A stretch of 64,000 nucleotides of DNA from Vicinamibacteria bacterium. Lineage in GTDB: Bacteria; Acidobacteriota; Vicinamibacteria; Marinacidobacterales; Marinacidobacteraceae. The stretch is from the NCBI GenBank assembly GCA_965199715.1, contig OZ241322.1:288001-352000 (forward strand), given 5' to 3'. Below, piece after piece: positions 8,954 to 18,390 of the stretch. The position numbers and the translations under genes are program-made. Position 1 is the first letter of the stretch. Every line of letters starts with the position of its first letter. Under the pieces are notes generated by a model, which worked only from the letters and a program-made list of their open reading frames with translations, was not told the DNA's origin and made no database searches.

Positions 8954-10318
8954 TCAGCGGGGCGCACCGGCCTCGCGGATTCGCTCGAGCACCCGGTCCC
9001 GGCGCGCCTCGGCGATTCCGGGACGAAACGCCTCGAGGGTAAGGCGCAGCACCGGCTCGGTGTGCGACGGCCGCAGCGTGAATCGCCAGTCCTCGAAGTC
9101 CATGGTGAGGCCGTCGGTCTCATCGACCGCGCCGTCCGGGAACCCGGCCCGCGCGCCGGCGATCGCCTCGTCCGGGCGGGCGACCCGCACGCTCAGTTCG
9201 TCGAGAGTGAAGAAGCGCTCGCGGAGCGCGTCCGCGAGTTCGGCGAGCGAGCGCCCGGCGGCGCCGACCCGCTCCGCCATGCGGAGGATCGGGAGCAGCG
9301 CGTTGTCGGCGCACCCGGCCGCGCGGAAATAGAAGTGTCCGCTCAGCTCGCCGCCGAAGCAGGCGCCCTCGGCGCGCATCCGCGCCTTCATGAAGGCGTG
9401 GCCGACCCGGTTGGGGCAGGAGCGCCCGCCGGCCGCCCGGATCGCCTCGGGAACGGCCCGGGACGAACGCAGGTCGAAGACGACCGCGCCGCCGGGCGCG
9501 CGCTTCAGTTCCCCCGGAGCCAGCAGCGCGGTCGCGAAATCGCCCGGGACGAACGCTCCCTCCCCGTCCACGAAGGCGCAGCGGTCGGCGTCGCCGTCCC
9601 ACAGAGCGCCGAAATCGGCCCGCTCGGCGCGGACGCGCGCGGCGAGCTGTTCCCGATTCCTCGGATCCAGCGGGTTCGCGCCGTGGTTCGGGAAGGCGCC
9701 GTCCGGAGTGAAGTGCATCGGGATCCACGTCCCCGGGAGCCGCCGGAAGAGCCGCTCGGCCATGAGGCCGCCCATGCCGTTGCCCGCGTCGAGCACGACG
9801 CGCAGCGGCGGGAACGCATCCGGCCGGATCTGCGCCAGCAGGAACTCGACATAGGACTCCGCGACGTCCCGGCGCTCGAGCGGGGCCTCGCCGTCGGCCG
9901 GCGCGCCGGACTCCACGAGTTCCCGGACCTCCGGAAGCCCGTGTTCGGCGAACACCGGGACCGCGTCGCGCGCGACGAGCTTCAGCCCGTTGTCGCCGGG
10001 CGGATTGTGGGACGCGGTGACCATGACCCCGCCCCAGAGCCGATCGCACTGGACCGCGAACCACATCGCGTCGGTCGGGAGGAGGCCGTAGTCGATCACG
10101 GGAACGCCGGCTCGCCGGAGACCGGCGGTCACGGCGCGGGTCAGGTCCGGGCTGGTCCGGCGGGCGTCGCGGGCGATCCCCACCGGGCCGCCGCCGAGCC
10201 AGCGCCCGAAGGCGGTTCCGATCCGTTCGGCGAGCGCCGGCGACAGCGGGACCGGGGACGCGCCCCGGACGTCGTACGCCTTGAAGAGCGCCCTTTCGGC
10301 GGAGCTCAGGGGTCCCAT
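8954..10318 (-). CDS. Phosphomannomutase/phosphoglucomutase
   Basis: C-terminal 454 aa of ORF 8954..12223: FKAYDVRG, TASHNP, DGDADR, GELSGH. Confidence 0.95.
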   Translation of the reverse strand: MGPLSSAERALFKAYDVRGASPVPLSPALAERIGTAFGRWLGGGPVGIARDARRTSPDLTRAVTAGLRRAGVPVIDYGLLPTDAMWFAVQCDRLWGGVMVTASHNPPGDNGLKLVARDAVPVFAEHGLPEVRELVESGAPADGEAPLERRDVAESYVEFLLAQIRPDAFPPLRVVLDAGNGMGGLMAERLFRRLPGTWIPMHFTPDGAFPNHGANPLDPRNREQLAARVRAERADFGALWDGDADRCAFVDGEGAFVPGDFATALLAPGELKRAPGGAVVFDLRSSRAVPEAIRAAGGRSCPNRVGHAFMKARMRAEGACFGGELSGHFYFRAAGCADNALLPILRMAERVGAAGRSLAELADALRERFFTLDELSVRVARPDEAIAGARAGFPDGAVDETDGLTMDFEDWRFTLRPSHTEPVLRLTLEAFRPGIAEARRDRVLERIREAGAPR

Positions 10319-11367
10319 GGCGCGGCGCTGTCGGCGGCGACGACGCTCTTGTCCCCGAGCGCCGCCCGAAACACCCGCGCGCCGGCGCCGACGAAGACGT
10401 TGGCGCAGAGCACGGATTCGCGGACCGTCGCCGCGGCGCTCACCCGGGCGTCGGCCCACAGGACCGAGTCCTCGACCCTCGCGCCCGCCTCCACCCGGAC
10501 TCGACGGCCGAGCACGGCCCCCGGCCCGATGACCGCGCCCGCGCCGACCCGCGCCTTCGGGCCGAGGAGGCCGGGACCCACGAGGCGGGCCGAGGGATGC
10601 ACGACGGCGGACGGGTCCACGATCATCCCGCCGGGGTTGGGCTTCCTGACGCCGGGCACGCGGACCCGCCCGGCGAGCGCGTCGCGGTGCGCCTGGAGGT
10701 AGCGGGGGACGGTTCCGATGTCGGTGAAGTAGCCGGCGTGCCGGAACGCGGTCACCTTCAGCGGCCCGGCGACCGCCGCCGGAAAGACTTCGGTCTCGAG
10801 CGAGCAGGGCCGCCCGGGCGGGATCAGGTCGAGGACCTCGGGGGTCATGGCGTAGGCCCCGACGCTCACGTCGCCGGCGGCGCCCCGGACCGCGGCCTTC
10901 TCCTTGAAGCCGGCGACCTCGTTCCCCCCGGCGAGGCGGACCGTCCCGTAGGCCGAGGCATCGGGCGCGCGGGTGACCGCGAGCGTGAGCGCCGCGCCGC
11001 TCGCCTCGCGGGCGGCGGCGAGTCCGGCCACGTCGAGGTCGGTCAGCACGTCCCCGTTCAGGCACCAGAACGGTTCGGTCAGCAGCGAGCGGGCGTGGCC
11101 GAGCGCCCCGCCGGTGCCGAGCGGACGATCCTCGATCGACCATGAAACCTGGACCCCGAGACCGGAGCCGTCGCCGAAGGCGGCGGCCATCCGCCGGGGC
11201 CGCGAGGCGTGGCACAGGACGATCTCGACGCATCCGGCGGCGCGCAGCATCTCCATCTGAGCGCGGAGGAAGGGCTGCGCGAGGAGCGGCGTCATCGCCT
11301 TCGGGCGTTCGCTCGTGAGCGGGCGCAGGCGCTCGGCCTTGCCGCCGATCAAGAGGACCGCCTTCAT
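10306..11367 (-). CDS. NDP-sugar pyrophosphorylase (mannose-1-phosphate guanylyltransferase-like)
   Basis: KAVLLIGG..RLRPLT.ERPK, PLGTGGAL, NGDVL, FKEK, DIGT; C-terminal hexapeptide repeats. Confidence 0.9.
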   Translation of the reverse strand: MKAVLLIGGKAERLRPLTSERPKAMTPLLAQPFLRAQMEMLRAAGCVEIVLCHASRPRRMAAAFGDGSGLGVQVSWSIEDRPLGTGGALGHARSLLTEPFWCLNGDVLTDLDVAGLAAAREASGAALTLAVTRAPDASAYGTVRLAGGNEVAGFKEKAAVRGAAGDVSVGAYAMTPEVLDLIPPGRPCSLETEVFPAAVAGPLKVTAFRHAGYFTDIGTVPRYLQAHRDALAGRVRVPGVRKPNPGGMIVDPSAVVHPSARLVGPGLLGPKARVGAGAVIGPGAVLGRRVRVEAGARVEDSVLWADARVSAAATVRESVLCANVFVGAGARVFRAALGDKSVVAADSAAPWDP

Positions 11368-11488
11368 GGGACCGGCGAATTATCCCCCGACTCCCGCTGA
11401 TAGAGTCTCGCCCGCGCGCGGGAGCGTCCCGCGCCGGCCCCTGGCGAGCGGGGAGGCGCTGGAACGGTCCGTCCGGAACGCGAACAGC

Positions 11489-12022
11489 ATGAACCTCCCG
11501 AACCGGCTGACCGTGGCGCGGGTGGCCCTGACCCCGGTCGTTCCCGCAGTCATGCTCGGCGACTGGCCCGGCTGGCAGGTCGCGTCGATCCTGCTGATCA
11601 GCTTCCTCGCGCTCACCGACCTCCTCGACGGCTGGCTGGCGCGCCGATGGAACCAGATCACGCCGCTCGGCGTGCTGCTCGACCCCATCGCGGACAAGTT
11701 CTTCATTTCGACGGTCTTCATCTGTCTCGTCGCCCGGGGGCTGTGTCCGGCCTGGGTGGCCATCGCGATCATCGGGCGCGAGTTCGCGGTCACCGCGGTG
11801 CGGATGATCGCCCTCGAGAAGGGGGGCAGCGTTCCGGTGAGCTCTGTCGGGAAGGCCAAGATGCACGTCCAGGTGTACGCCGTCGTGCTCGTGCTGCTCG
11901 GCGCCTGGATTCCGTCGCTCGCCCCCCTCGGCGCGCCCGGGCTCTGGCTCGCGACCGCTATCACCCTCTGGTCGGGGTTCGTCTATGTCCGGCGCGGCCG
12001 GCGCTTCTACGCGGCGAGCTGA
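11489..12022 (+). CDS. pgsA: CDP-diacylglycerol--glycerol-3-phosphate 3-phosphatidyltransferase
   Basis: MNLPNRLTVAR, DLLDGWLARRW...G..LDPIADK, REFAVTAVR, GKAK. Confidence 0.88.
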   Translation: MNLPNRLTVARVALTPVVPAVMLGDWPGWQVASILLISFLALTDLLDGWLARRWNQITPLGVLLDPIADKFFISTVFICLVARGLCPAWVAIAIIGREFAVTAVRMIALEKGGSVPVSSVGKAKMHVQVYAVVLVLLGAWIPSLAPLGAPGLWLATAITLWSGFVYVRRGRRFYAAS

Positions 12023-12044
12023 ACCCGGGCCGACGCGGCGCCGG

Positions 12045-12404
12045 GTGTTCCGGAGGCCGCCGGAGGTCTTTCTCGGGTCCGACGCGCTCGCCGCGCTCGA
12101 CGGGACCGAGGGTCTGCTGCTCGGAGAGAAGCGCCACCGGCAGGTGGACGTGTTCGGCCTGCTGCCCGTGGCCGGCGGCCCCGACGCGCTCGCCGCCGCG
12201 CGGTTCGACGGCGACCGGGACACGACGTGGCCGGTCGTGGGCGTGGCCGTCGCGGACGACGCCCTGCCGGCCGCGGGGGAGCGCCTGCTGGACGGACTGG
12301 TCGCGGGCGACCTGGTGGTGGTGGGCGCGGCCCGTGAGGCCTACGCGCACAACGGCGAGAGCCTGACCCCGTGTTCCGTCGCGGGACGGCGGCCGAGGAC
12401 CTGA
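12045..12404 (+). CDS. Hypothetical protein (possible degenerate MPN/JAB-like fold)
   Basis: Fills the pgsA-bamD gap with protein-like composition; EGLLLG and PVVG segments. Start (GTG) inferred. Confidence 0.5.
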   Translation: MFRRPPEVFLGSDALAALDGTEGLLLGEKRHRQVDVFGLLPVAGGPDALAAARFDGDRDTTWPVVGVAVADDALPAAGERLLDGLVAGDLVVVGAAREAYAHNGESLTPCSVAGRRPRT

Positions 12405-12405
12405 C

Positions 12406-13182
12406 TCAGGGCTCGCGCTTGGCGAGGAGGGCCCGGATCCGCTCCCGGGCGTCGGCGGCGAACGCGCTGTCCGGGGTCTCCTCCACGACGTTCTGGTAGT
12501 GGACGAGCGCTTCGGGCTCGCGTCCGCAGTCGCTCAGCGCCTGTCCGAGGCGCATGCGGGTCTCGTCGGCGCGGGTGAAGTTCGGCCAAGTCGCGAGGAT
12601 CTCCTCGAGGCGCGGGATCGCCCCCCGGCACCAGCGGCGCTGGTCTTGGTAGAACTCGGCGATCTGCAGGGTGGCCTCGGCGAGCTCGTCCTCGCACTCG
12701 ACCACGTATCCGCGGGCCTCCTCGGCGTAGCGCGAGTTGGGATAGAGCTCGAGCAGCTTGCGGAACTCCTCCACCGCGAGGCGGGTGTCTTCCTGATCGC
12801 GGTCGGCGCCCCGGCGCCGGCGGTAGTGCCCGAAGGCGATCCGGTATTGGGCGTAGTCGGCGCGGGGGTGGTTCGGGAAGAACGTGAGGTAGTCGCGAAA
12901 CTCGGTGGCCGCGAGCAGGGCGTTCTGGGCGCCGCGCTGTTCGTAATAGGTGTCGGCGATGCCGAGCCGGGCGTCGCCGGCGAACTGGCTGCGGGGGTAG
13001 CTGTCGAGAAGCTGGCGGAAGTACGTTCGGGCGGTTTCCCAGTCGCGGCCGTCGAGCGCCTCCTGACCGAGCGCCAGCAGCCGCCGGTCGGCCTGGGCCC
13101 CGTCGGGCACGGCGGTGATCTGGCGTCCCCCGCAGCCGCCGGCCAGCAGGACGGCGAGGAGGCACCAACCGGAAAAGCGCAT
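12406..13182 (-). CDS. bamD: Outer membrane protein assembly factor BamD
   Basis: Lipoprotein signal LLAGGC, TPR helices, FLxxxPNHPRADYAQY-like, DRDQ, YPNSRYA. Confidence 0.9.
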   Translation of the reverse strand: MRFSGWCLLAVLLAGGCGGRQITAVPDGAQADRRLLALGQEALDGRDWETARTYFRQLLDSYPRSQFAGDARLGIADTYYEQRGAQNALLAATEFRDYLTFFPNHPRADYAQYRIAFGHYRRRRGADRDQEDTRLAVEEFRKLLELYPNSRYAEEARGYVVECEDELAEATLQIAEFYQDQRRWCRGAIPRLEEILATWPNFTRADETRMRLGQALSDCGREPEALVHYQNVVEETPDSAFAADARERIRALLAKREP

Positions 13183-13216
13183 GCGCCGCGCGAATGCTAG
13201 CAACGGACCGGCGTTC

Positions 13217-13861
13217 TCAGGCGGCGCGCATCGCCCGGACGACCGCCGCCGGATCGAGAGCGCCGAAGATGGCCGAGCCGGCGACGGCGACGTCGGCCCC
13301 CGCCGCCCGCGCCGCCGGAATGCGGGCCGGGTTCATGCCGCCATCGACGGTGATCGAGTAGCCGGGGCGCACCCGGTCCGCGATCTCCCGGACGCGGCGC
13401 ACCCGCTCGAAGCTGCCCTCGATGAAGGCCTGGCCGCCCCAGCCGGGGTTCACCGACATGACCACCGCGTAGTCGGAGGCGGCGATGGCCTCCGCCAGCG
13501 TCGCGAGCGGGGTCAGCGGGTTGATCGCGATCCCCGGGCGGGCGCCGGCGCGGCGGACGTCGTCGAGCGCCTTATGGAGATGGTCCACCGTCTCGGGATG
13601 GATCGCGACGTCGTTCGCGCCGGCGTCCACGTACGCCCCAAGGGACTCGTGAGGGTTCCGGATCATCAGGTGCGCTTCCAGCGGAAGCTCGGTGAGCGCG
13701 CGCACCGCCCGGATCACCATGGGTCCGAAGGTCAGGTTCGGAACGTAGTGGCCGTCCATCACGTCGAGGTGGAGCTGGTCGGCTCCGGCGGCCTCGACGA
13801 GAGCGACTTGGCCCCGCAGGTCGGAAAAGTCCGCCGAGAGCAGGGAAGGGGCGATCCGCAC
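13217..13861 (-). CDS. rpe: Ribulose-phosphate 3-epimerase
   Basis: IAPSLLSADF, HLDVMDGHYVPN, MSVNPGWGGQ, VDGG, GSAIF. Confidence 0.97.
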   Translation of the reverse strand: MRIAPSLLSADFSDLRGQVALVEAAGADQLHLDVMDGHYVPNLTFGPMVIRAVRALTELPLEAHLMIRNPHESLGAYVDAGANDVAIHPETVDHLHKALDDVRRAGARPGIAINPLTPLATLAEAIAASDYAVVMSVNPGWGGQAFIEGSFERVRRVREIADRVRPGYSITVDGGMNPARIPAARAAGADVAVAGSAIFGALDPAAVVRAMRAA

Positions 13862-13863
13862 GG

Positions 13864-14628
13864 CTATCGGCTGAGAGTGAGCACGATCCGGTCGGCCCGC
13901 GTGACCCGCGCTCCGGCCCGGGGGGCCTGATCGACGACGGTCCCTCGCGGCACGCCCGGGTAGCGTACGTTGCGAACCTCGCCGACGCGGACCGAGGCGC
14001 GGCTGAGCGCGTCGGCGAGTTCCCCGTAGGCGCGGCCGATGAAGTCCGGCATCAGGTACGACTCGCTCTCGGAGCCCGCCGAGAGCAGCAGCGACACCTC
14101 GGTGCCGGGGATGGCCTCGGCGTAGGCCACCGGCGACTGGGCGATCACCCGGCCGGCGATGTAGAAATCGTCGGGAACCTCGGCGATCCGGCCGATCCGG
14201 AACCCTTCGGCCTCCAGTTGGCGGCGGGCGGCGATGAGGTTCTCGCCCTCGAGGCGGGGCACCATGGAGCGCGTGGGGCCGAGGCTGAGGAACACCCGCA
14301 CCGAGCGTCCCCGCTTGAAGGCGACTCCGGCGCGCGGCTCCTGGCGAGCGACTTGGCCCGCGGGAACCCGGTCGTCGAAGACGTTTCCCGCTTGGGAGAT
14401 GCGGAGCCCGGTGCCCGCCAGCACCCGCTCGGCGGTCGCGGGATCGAGGCCCTCGACGCTCGGGACCGGCGGGTTCGAGGTGCCCGACGCGAGGAGGAGC
14501 GCGATCGCCGCCGACAGGACGAAGGTCGCGCCGAGTCCGACGACGATGAGCGCCGCGTCGAACGCCCGCGAAACCCGCGACTTGTCCGGCAGGCTGCGCA
14601 CGAGCCGCATCCGCACGCCGCGCTTCAT
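13864..14628 (-). CDS. Membrane-anchored PASTA-domain protein (3 PASTA, no kinase domain)
   Basis: Basic N-tail, one TM, then VPSVEG, VPRLEG, MPDFIG repeats each with V..Q.P. Confidence 0.9.
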   Translation of the reverse strand: MKRGVRMRLVRSLPDKSRVSRAFDAALIVVGLGATFVLSAAIALLLASGTSNPPVPSVEGLDPATAERVLAGTGLRISQAGNVFDDRVPAGQVARQEPRAGVAFKRGRSVRVFLSLGPTRSMVPRLEGENLIAARRQLEAEGFRIGRIAEVPDDFYIAGRVIAQSPVAYAEAIPGTEVSLLLSAGSESESYLMPDFIGRAYGELADALSRASVRVGEVRNVRYPGVPRGTVVDQAPRAGARVTRADRIVLTLSR

Positions 14629-14635
14629 GACGCGA

Positions 14636-14641
14636 ATTCTA
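14636..14641 (-). promoter_or_regulatory. Putative -10 box TAGAAT for leaderless PASTA gene
   Basis: Includes the rsmB TAG stop; 7 nt before ATG 14628; no SD. Confidence 0.55.
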
Positions 14642-15988
14642 GGCCAGCGGGCGCCGCATGAGCGCGGCGAAGTAGCCGTCGGTCTCCGATTCCTCCGGGA
14701 GGATCCGCAGCGCGCCGGCCCCGTCCCGGAAGCGGGAGACCGATTCGGGAAGCCCGGGACCGAGCGGAACGGTTTCGAGCGCGTCCGGGCCTTCCGCGAG
14801 CGCCCGGACCAAGTCGCCCGTCTCCTCGGGATCGAGCGAACAGACCGAATAGAGCAGGAGGCCCCCCGGGCGCAGCAGGCCGGCCGCCGCGCGGGCCAGC
14901 CGCAGTTCGGTCCGGGCGAGCCGGGAGACCCGCTTGGGAGAAGAGTTCCACTTCAGGTCGGGATTGCGGGCGAGCGTCCCGAGGCCGCTGCACGGCGCGT
15001 CCAGCAGGATCCGGTCGAAGGAGCGCGGCGGAAACGGCGGACGCCCCGCGTCGGCGCTCACGAAGGAGAGGTTCTCGACCCCGAGCCGGCCAGCGATGCG
15101 CCGCAGCAGTTCGACGCGGTGGGGCCGGAGGTCGGCGGCGACGGCCCGTTGCGGATGGAGCCGCTCGGCGAGGATCCCTGCCTTGCCGCCGGGCGCGGCG
15201 CAGGCGTCCAGCACCCGTTTCGCGCCGGCGAGGGGGAGCAGCCACGCGATGAGCTGCGAGCCGGCGTCCTGGATGTGGACCAGGCCGTCGCGGTGCGCCG
15301 CCGCCCGGAACGGCGCACCCGACTGGACGGCGAGGCAGCGCGGCGCCATCGAGAACGGGCGCGTGCGGACCCCGTCGGCGAGAAGGCGCTCCTGCGCCTC
15401 GGCCGGCTCGACGCGCCTGCTGACCCGAAGGAAGGACCGCGGGACGCGGTTGTTCGCCTCCATCCGGGCGATCGCCCCGGCCTCGCCCAGCTCGGCGACG
15501 AACCGGTCCACCATCCAGTCGGGATGGGACAGGCCGACGCGGAGCCACAGTCGCGGGTCGCCTCCCGGGCGCGGCCACGGAAAGTCGCTGCGCAGGTAGG
15601 CGCGGAGGATCGCGTTCACCATGCGGTCCGCGCCGGGCCGGGCGACCTCGCGGGCCAGCCCCACGGTCTCGTGGACGGCGGCGTGGGGCGGAATCCGGGT
15701 CAGCATCCGGAGCTGGTAGAGGCCCATGCGCAGCAACACCAGCAGCGCCGGGTCCAGACCGGCCAGCGGGCGCCGGGCGAATCCGTCGAGCGCGTGGTCG
15801 AGCGCGCGGCGCTGCCTCAGCACGCCGAACGCCAGCTCGCGGGCCAGCGCGCGGTCGGCCTCGCTCGCTCCGGACTCGAAGCGGGCCAGCAGCGAATCGG
15901 GAGTCGCGGAGCGCGTCCGGCGCCGGAGGCCGGCCTCGACCTCGCGCAGCACCCGGAACGCGAGCAGGCGCGCCGGCTGTGCGCTCAC
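14639..15988 (-). CDS. rsmB: 16S rRNA m5C967 methyltransferase
   Basis: NusB-like N-domain (ELAFGVLR, NAILR), IQDAGSQ, DACAAPGGK, DAPCSGLG, YSVCS, DGYF. Confidence 0.93.
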   Translation of the reverse strand: MSAQPARLLAFRVLREVEAGLRRRTRSATPDSLLARFESGASEADRALARELAFGVLRQRRALDHALDGFARRPLAGLDPALLVLLRMGLYQLRMLTRIPPHAAVHETVGLAREVARPGADRMVNAILRAYLRSDFPWPRPGGDPRLWLRVGLSHPDWMVDRFVAELGEAGAIARMEANNRVPRSFLRVSRRVEPAEAQERLLADGVRTRPFSMAPRCLAVQSGAPFRAAAHRDGLVHIQDAGSQLIAWLLPLAGAKRVLDACAAPGGKAGILAERLHPQRAVAADLRPHRVELLRRIAGRLGVENLSFVSADAGRPPFPPRSFDRILLDAPCSGLGTLARNPDLKWNSSPKRVSRLARTELRLARAAAGLLRPGGLLLYSVCSLDPEETGDLVRALAEGPDALETVPLGPGLPESVSRFRDGAGALRILPEESETDGYFAALMRRPLA

Positions 15989-16845
15989 CCTCGGCCGCGC
16001 CGTTCGAGAATCCGCGCCAGCGCGCCCGGATCGTCGGTGAGGACGCCGCCGGCCCCGAGGTCGAGGAGGCGCTCCATGTCTTCCGGGTCGTTGACGGTCC
16101 ACACGACCACGGGAAGCCCGCGCCGCCGGGCGGCGGCGAGGAAGCGCGGGGTCACGACCCGGACGAAGCCCAACCGCTCGGGCACGAGCAGGGCCTTGCC
16201 CTCGATCTCGACGAGGCCCGACAGGTAGAGGCGCGAGGCGAGGAGGAAGAGCGCGACCTCGGACATGGACGCGACCGTGGGCGTCTCTGGACAGTGGGAC
16301 CGGAAGCGGCAGAGCAGCCCGCCGTCGAACGCGGCGGCGAGCGTGATCGCGGTCCGGTCCGCGGCCCGCAGCTCGGCGCAGAGCGGGGCCATCGTCTCCG
16401 GCGTCTTCATCTCGATGACCATGCGCCGACCGGGGTGCGCCTCAAGGACCTCCCGCAGCGTCGGGACCGGGATCTTCGCGGCGCCCGGCGGCGCGGCGCT
16501 CCATTCGCGAAGCTCCTCGAGCGTCATCGAGTCCACCCGGCCAGTCCCGTCGGTTGTGCGGTCCACGGTGGGGTCGTGGATGACGACCGGGACGTCGTCG
16601 GCGGTGAGGTGGACGTCGAACTCCAGCACGTCCGCGCCGACTTCGACCGCGGCCCGGAACGCCGGGAGCGTGGCTTCCGGCGCCTCCACGTTCCCGCCCC
16701 GATGCGCCATGTTGGGAGCGGGCGCGGCGAAGAACGGATGGGGCGCGACCGGGGGGCGGGACCCGGACCACGCGGCGAGTCCGCCCCAGACGACGGCGAG
16801 GAACGCGAGCCCCCAGAGGAACGCTCGAAGGAGCCGGCGGATCAC
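15985..16845 (-). CDS. Glycerophosphodiester phosphodiesterase, N-terminal membrane anchor
   Basis: C-terminal part of ORF 15985..21786: AHRGG...PEATL, EFDVHLT.D...IHD, IEMK, WTVND, TDDP. Confidence 0.92.
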   Translation of the reverse strand: MIRRLLRAFLWGLAFLAVVWGGLAAWSGSRPPVAPHPFFAAPAPNMAHRGGNVEAPEATLPAFRAAVEVGADVLEFDVHLTADDVPVVIHDPTVDRTTDGTGRVDSMTLEELREWSAAPPGAAKIPVPTLREVLEAHPGRRMVIEMKTPETMAPLCAELRAADRTAITLAAAFDGGLLCRFRSHCPETPTVASMSEVALFLLASRLYLSGLVEIEGKALLVPERLGFVRVVTPRFLAAARRRGLPVVVWTVNDPEDMERLLDLGAGGVLTDDPGALARILERRGRG

Positions 16846-17822
16846 GAGGCCTCCCATCCGAGCGCGGCGACGGCGGCGTCCTTGTCGAGAAAGCTCCCGC
16901 CCGCGGGCAACAGCCGCCCCCGCACCGCGTCCGCCGCGCTCATGCGGCGCGAACCGGGAAGCTGCACCTCGACGAGCCGCAGCCCGGTCCCGTCGCCGCA
17001 TCCGACCACGAGGTCGGGACGGCGCGCCGAGCCCGTGTTGCGGAAGTCTCCCGGCGGCGGCGCGTCGCCCCCCGGAACCGCCTGGTGCACGCGGATCCGT
17101 CCGCCGTCGAGGGCAGTCACCGCCGGCGCGAAGGCGCGCACCCGGTTCGCGAGCTCCTCGGCCGGCCGCCGCCAGTCGAGCACGGCGTCGGCGCGGACGA
17201 CCCGGGGCGCGAGCGTGGCCCGTGAATCGTCCTGCGGCGCGGGCCGGAGCGTTCCGTCGGCGAGGTCCCCGAGCGTTCGCAGCAGCAGCGCCGCGCCGAT
17301 CGGGGCGAGCCGCGCGAGAAGGCGTTCGGCGGTCTCGCCGGGTTCGATGTCCACGGCCTCCTGGAGCAGCACCGGTCCGGTGTCGAGCTTGGCGTCCATG
17401 AGCATGGTGCTCACTCCCGTGCGCTCGTACCCCCGGGCCACGGCCCAGACGGCGGGCGCCGCGCCCCGCAGCTCGGGAAGCAGCGAGGCGTGCACGTTGA
17501 CGGCCCCGAGGCGGGGCGCCCGGAGCAGCGACGCGGGGAGGATCTGGCCGTAGTCGGCGACCACGAAGCAGTCCGCCGCGAGTTCCGCGATTCCCGCCGC
17601 GGCGGCCCGCCGGCGGAGGCGGGGCGGCTGTCGGACCGGAATTCCGTGCTCGTCCGCGAGCCGCGCGACGGGGCTTCGGGCGAGCCTCTTGCCGCGCCCG
17701 GCGGGCCGATCCGGCTGGGTGACCGCCGCGAGCACCCGGTGCTCGGCGAGGAGTGCCCGGAACGTCGGAACGGCGAACGAGGAGGTCCCCAAGAAGACGG
17801 CCTTCAGCGGCGTCGCGCTCAT
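16842..17822 (-). CDS. fmt: Methionyl-tRNA formyltransferase
   Basis: VTQPDRPAGRG, YGQIL, NVHASLLP.LRGAAP, LDTG. Confidence 0.96.
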   Translation of the reverse strand: MSATPLKAVFLGTSSFAVPTFRALLAEHRVLAAVTQPDRPAGRGKRLARSPVARLADEHGIPVRQPPRLRRRAAAAGIAELAADCFVVADYGQILPASLLRAPRLGAVNVHASLLPELRGAAPAVWAVARGYERTGVSTMLMDAKLDTGPVLLQEAVDIEPGETAERLLARLAPIGAALLLRTLGDLADGTLRPAPQDDSRATLAPRVVRADAVLDWRRPAEELANRVRAFAPAVTALDGGRIRVHQAVPGGDAPPPGDFRNTGSARRPDLVVGCGDGTGLRLVEVQLPGSRRMSAADAVRGRLLPAGGSFLDKDAAVAALGWEAS

Positions 17823-17837
17823 CCCCGGGTGGCGGCC

Positions 17838-18350
17838 CTACCAGTCGCCCCGGCGCATCCGGCGGCGGATCTTGCGCCCGATCAGGTCGCGCTTGAGGGC
17901 GCCCAGCCGGTCGAGGAACAGCCTGCCGTTCACGTGGTCGATCTCGTGCGCGAAGGCGCGGGCGAGGAGACCCTCGCCCTCCGCCTCGAAGGGTTCGCCG
18001 TGGATGTCCGTGCCGCGGACCCGCAACCACGCCGGACGCCGGGTGACCCCGGAATAGCCGGGCACCGAGAGACACCCCTCCTCCTCGTGCTGGACGCCCT
18101 CGGACGCGAGGATCTCGGGGTTGGCCATCACGATGAGGCTGTCCGGCTTCTCGCCAACGGTGACATCGATCACGATGAGCCGCAGCGGGATCCCGATCTG
18201 GGGCGCCGCCAGCCCGACTCCGGGTGCGGCGTACATGGTCTGGACCATGTCCTGGACCAGCGGGGCCCAGTCGCGGCTGAAATCCTCGACCGGCGCCGAA
18301 GGATTCACGAGCACGCCGGCCCCGTAGCGAAGGATCGGCAGGACCGGCAC
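17838..18350 (-). CDS. def: Peptide deformylase
   Basis: GVGLAAPQIG, EGCLS, HEIDH; GTG start 8 nt after TAGAAT. Confidence 0.96.
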   Translation of the reverse strand: MPVLPILRYGAGVLVNPSAPVEDFSRDWAPLVQDMVQTMYAAPGVGLAAPQIGIPLRLIVIDVTVGEKPDSLIVMANPEILASEGVQHEEEGCLSVPGYSGVTRRPAWLRVRGTDIHGEPFEAEGEGLLARAFAHEIDHVNGRLFLDRLGALKRDLIGRKIRRRMRRGDW

Positions 18351-18390
18351 GGGGCGCGATTCTATTCCGGGCGGTACGATGCGACGGCTC

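Noticed and set aside
8840-8960. tRNA-Gly as an integration site
   Set aside because: No integrase and no duplicated tRNA 3' end seen; flanks are housekeeping genes.
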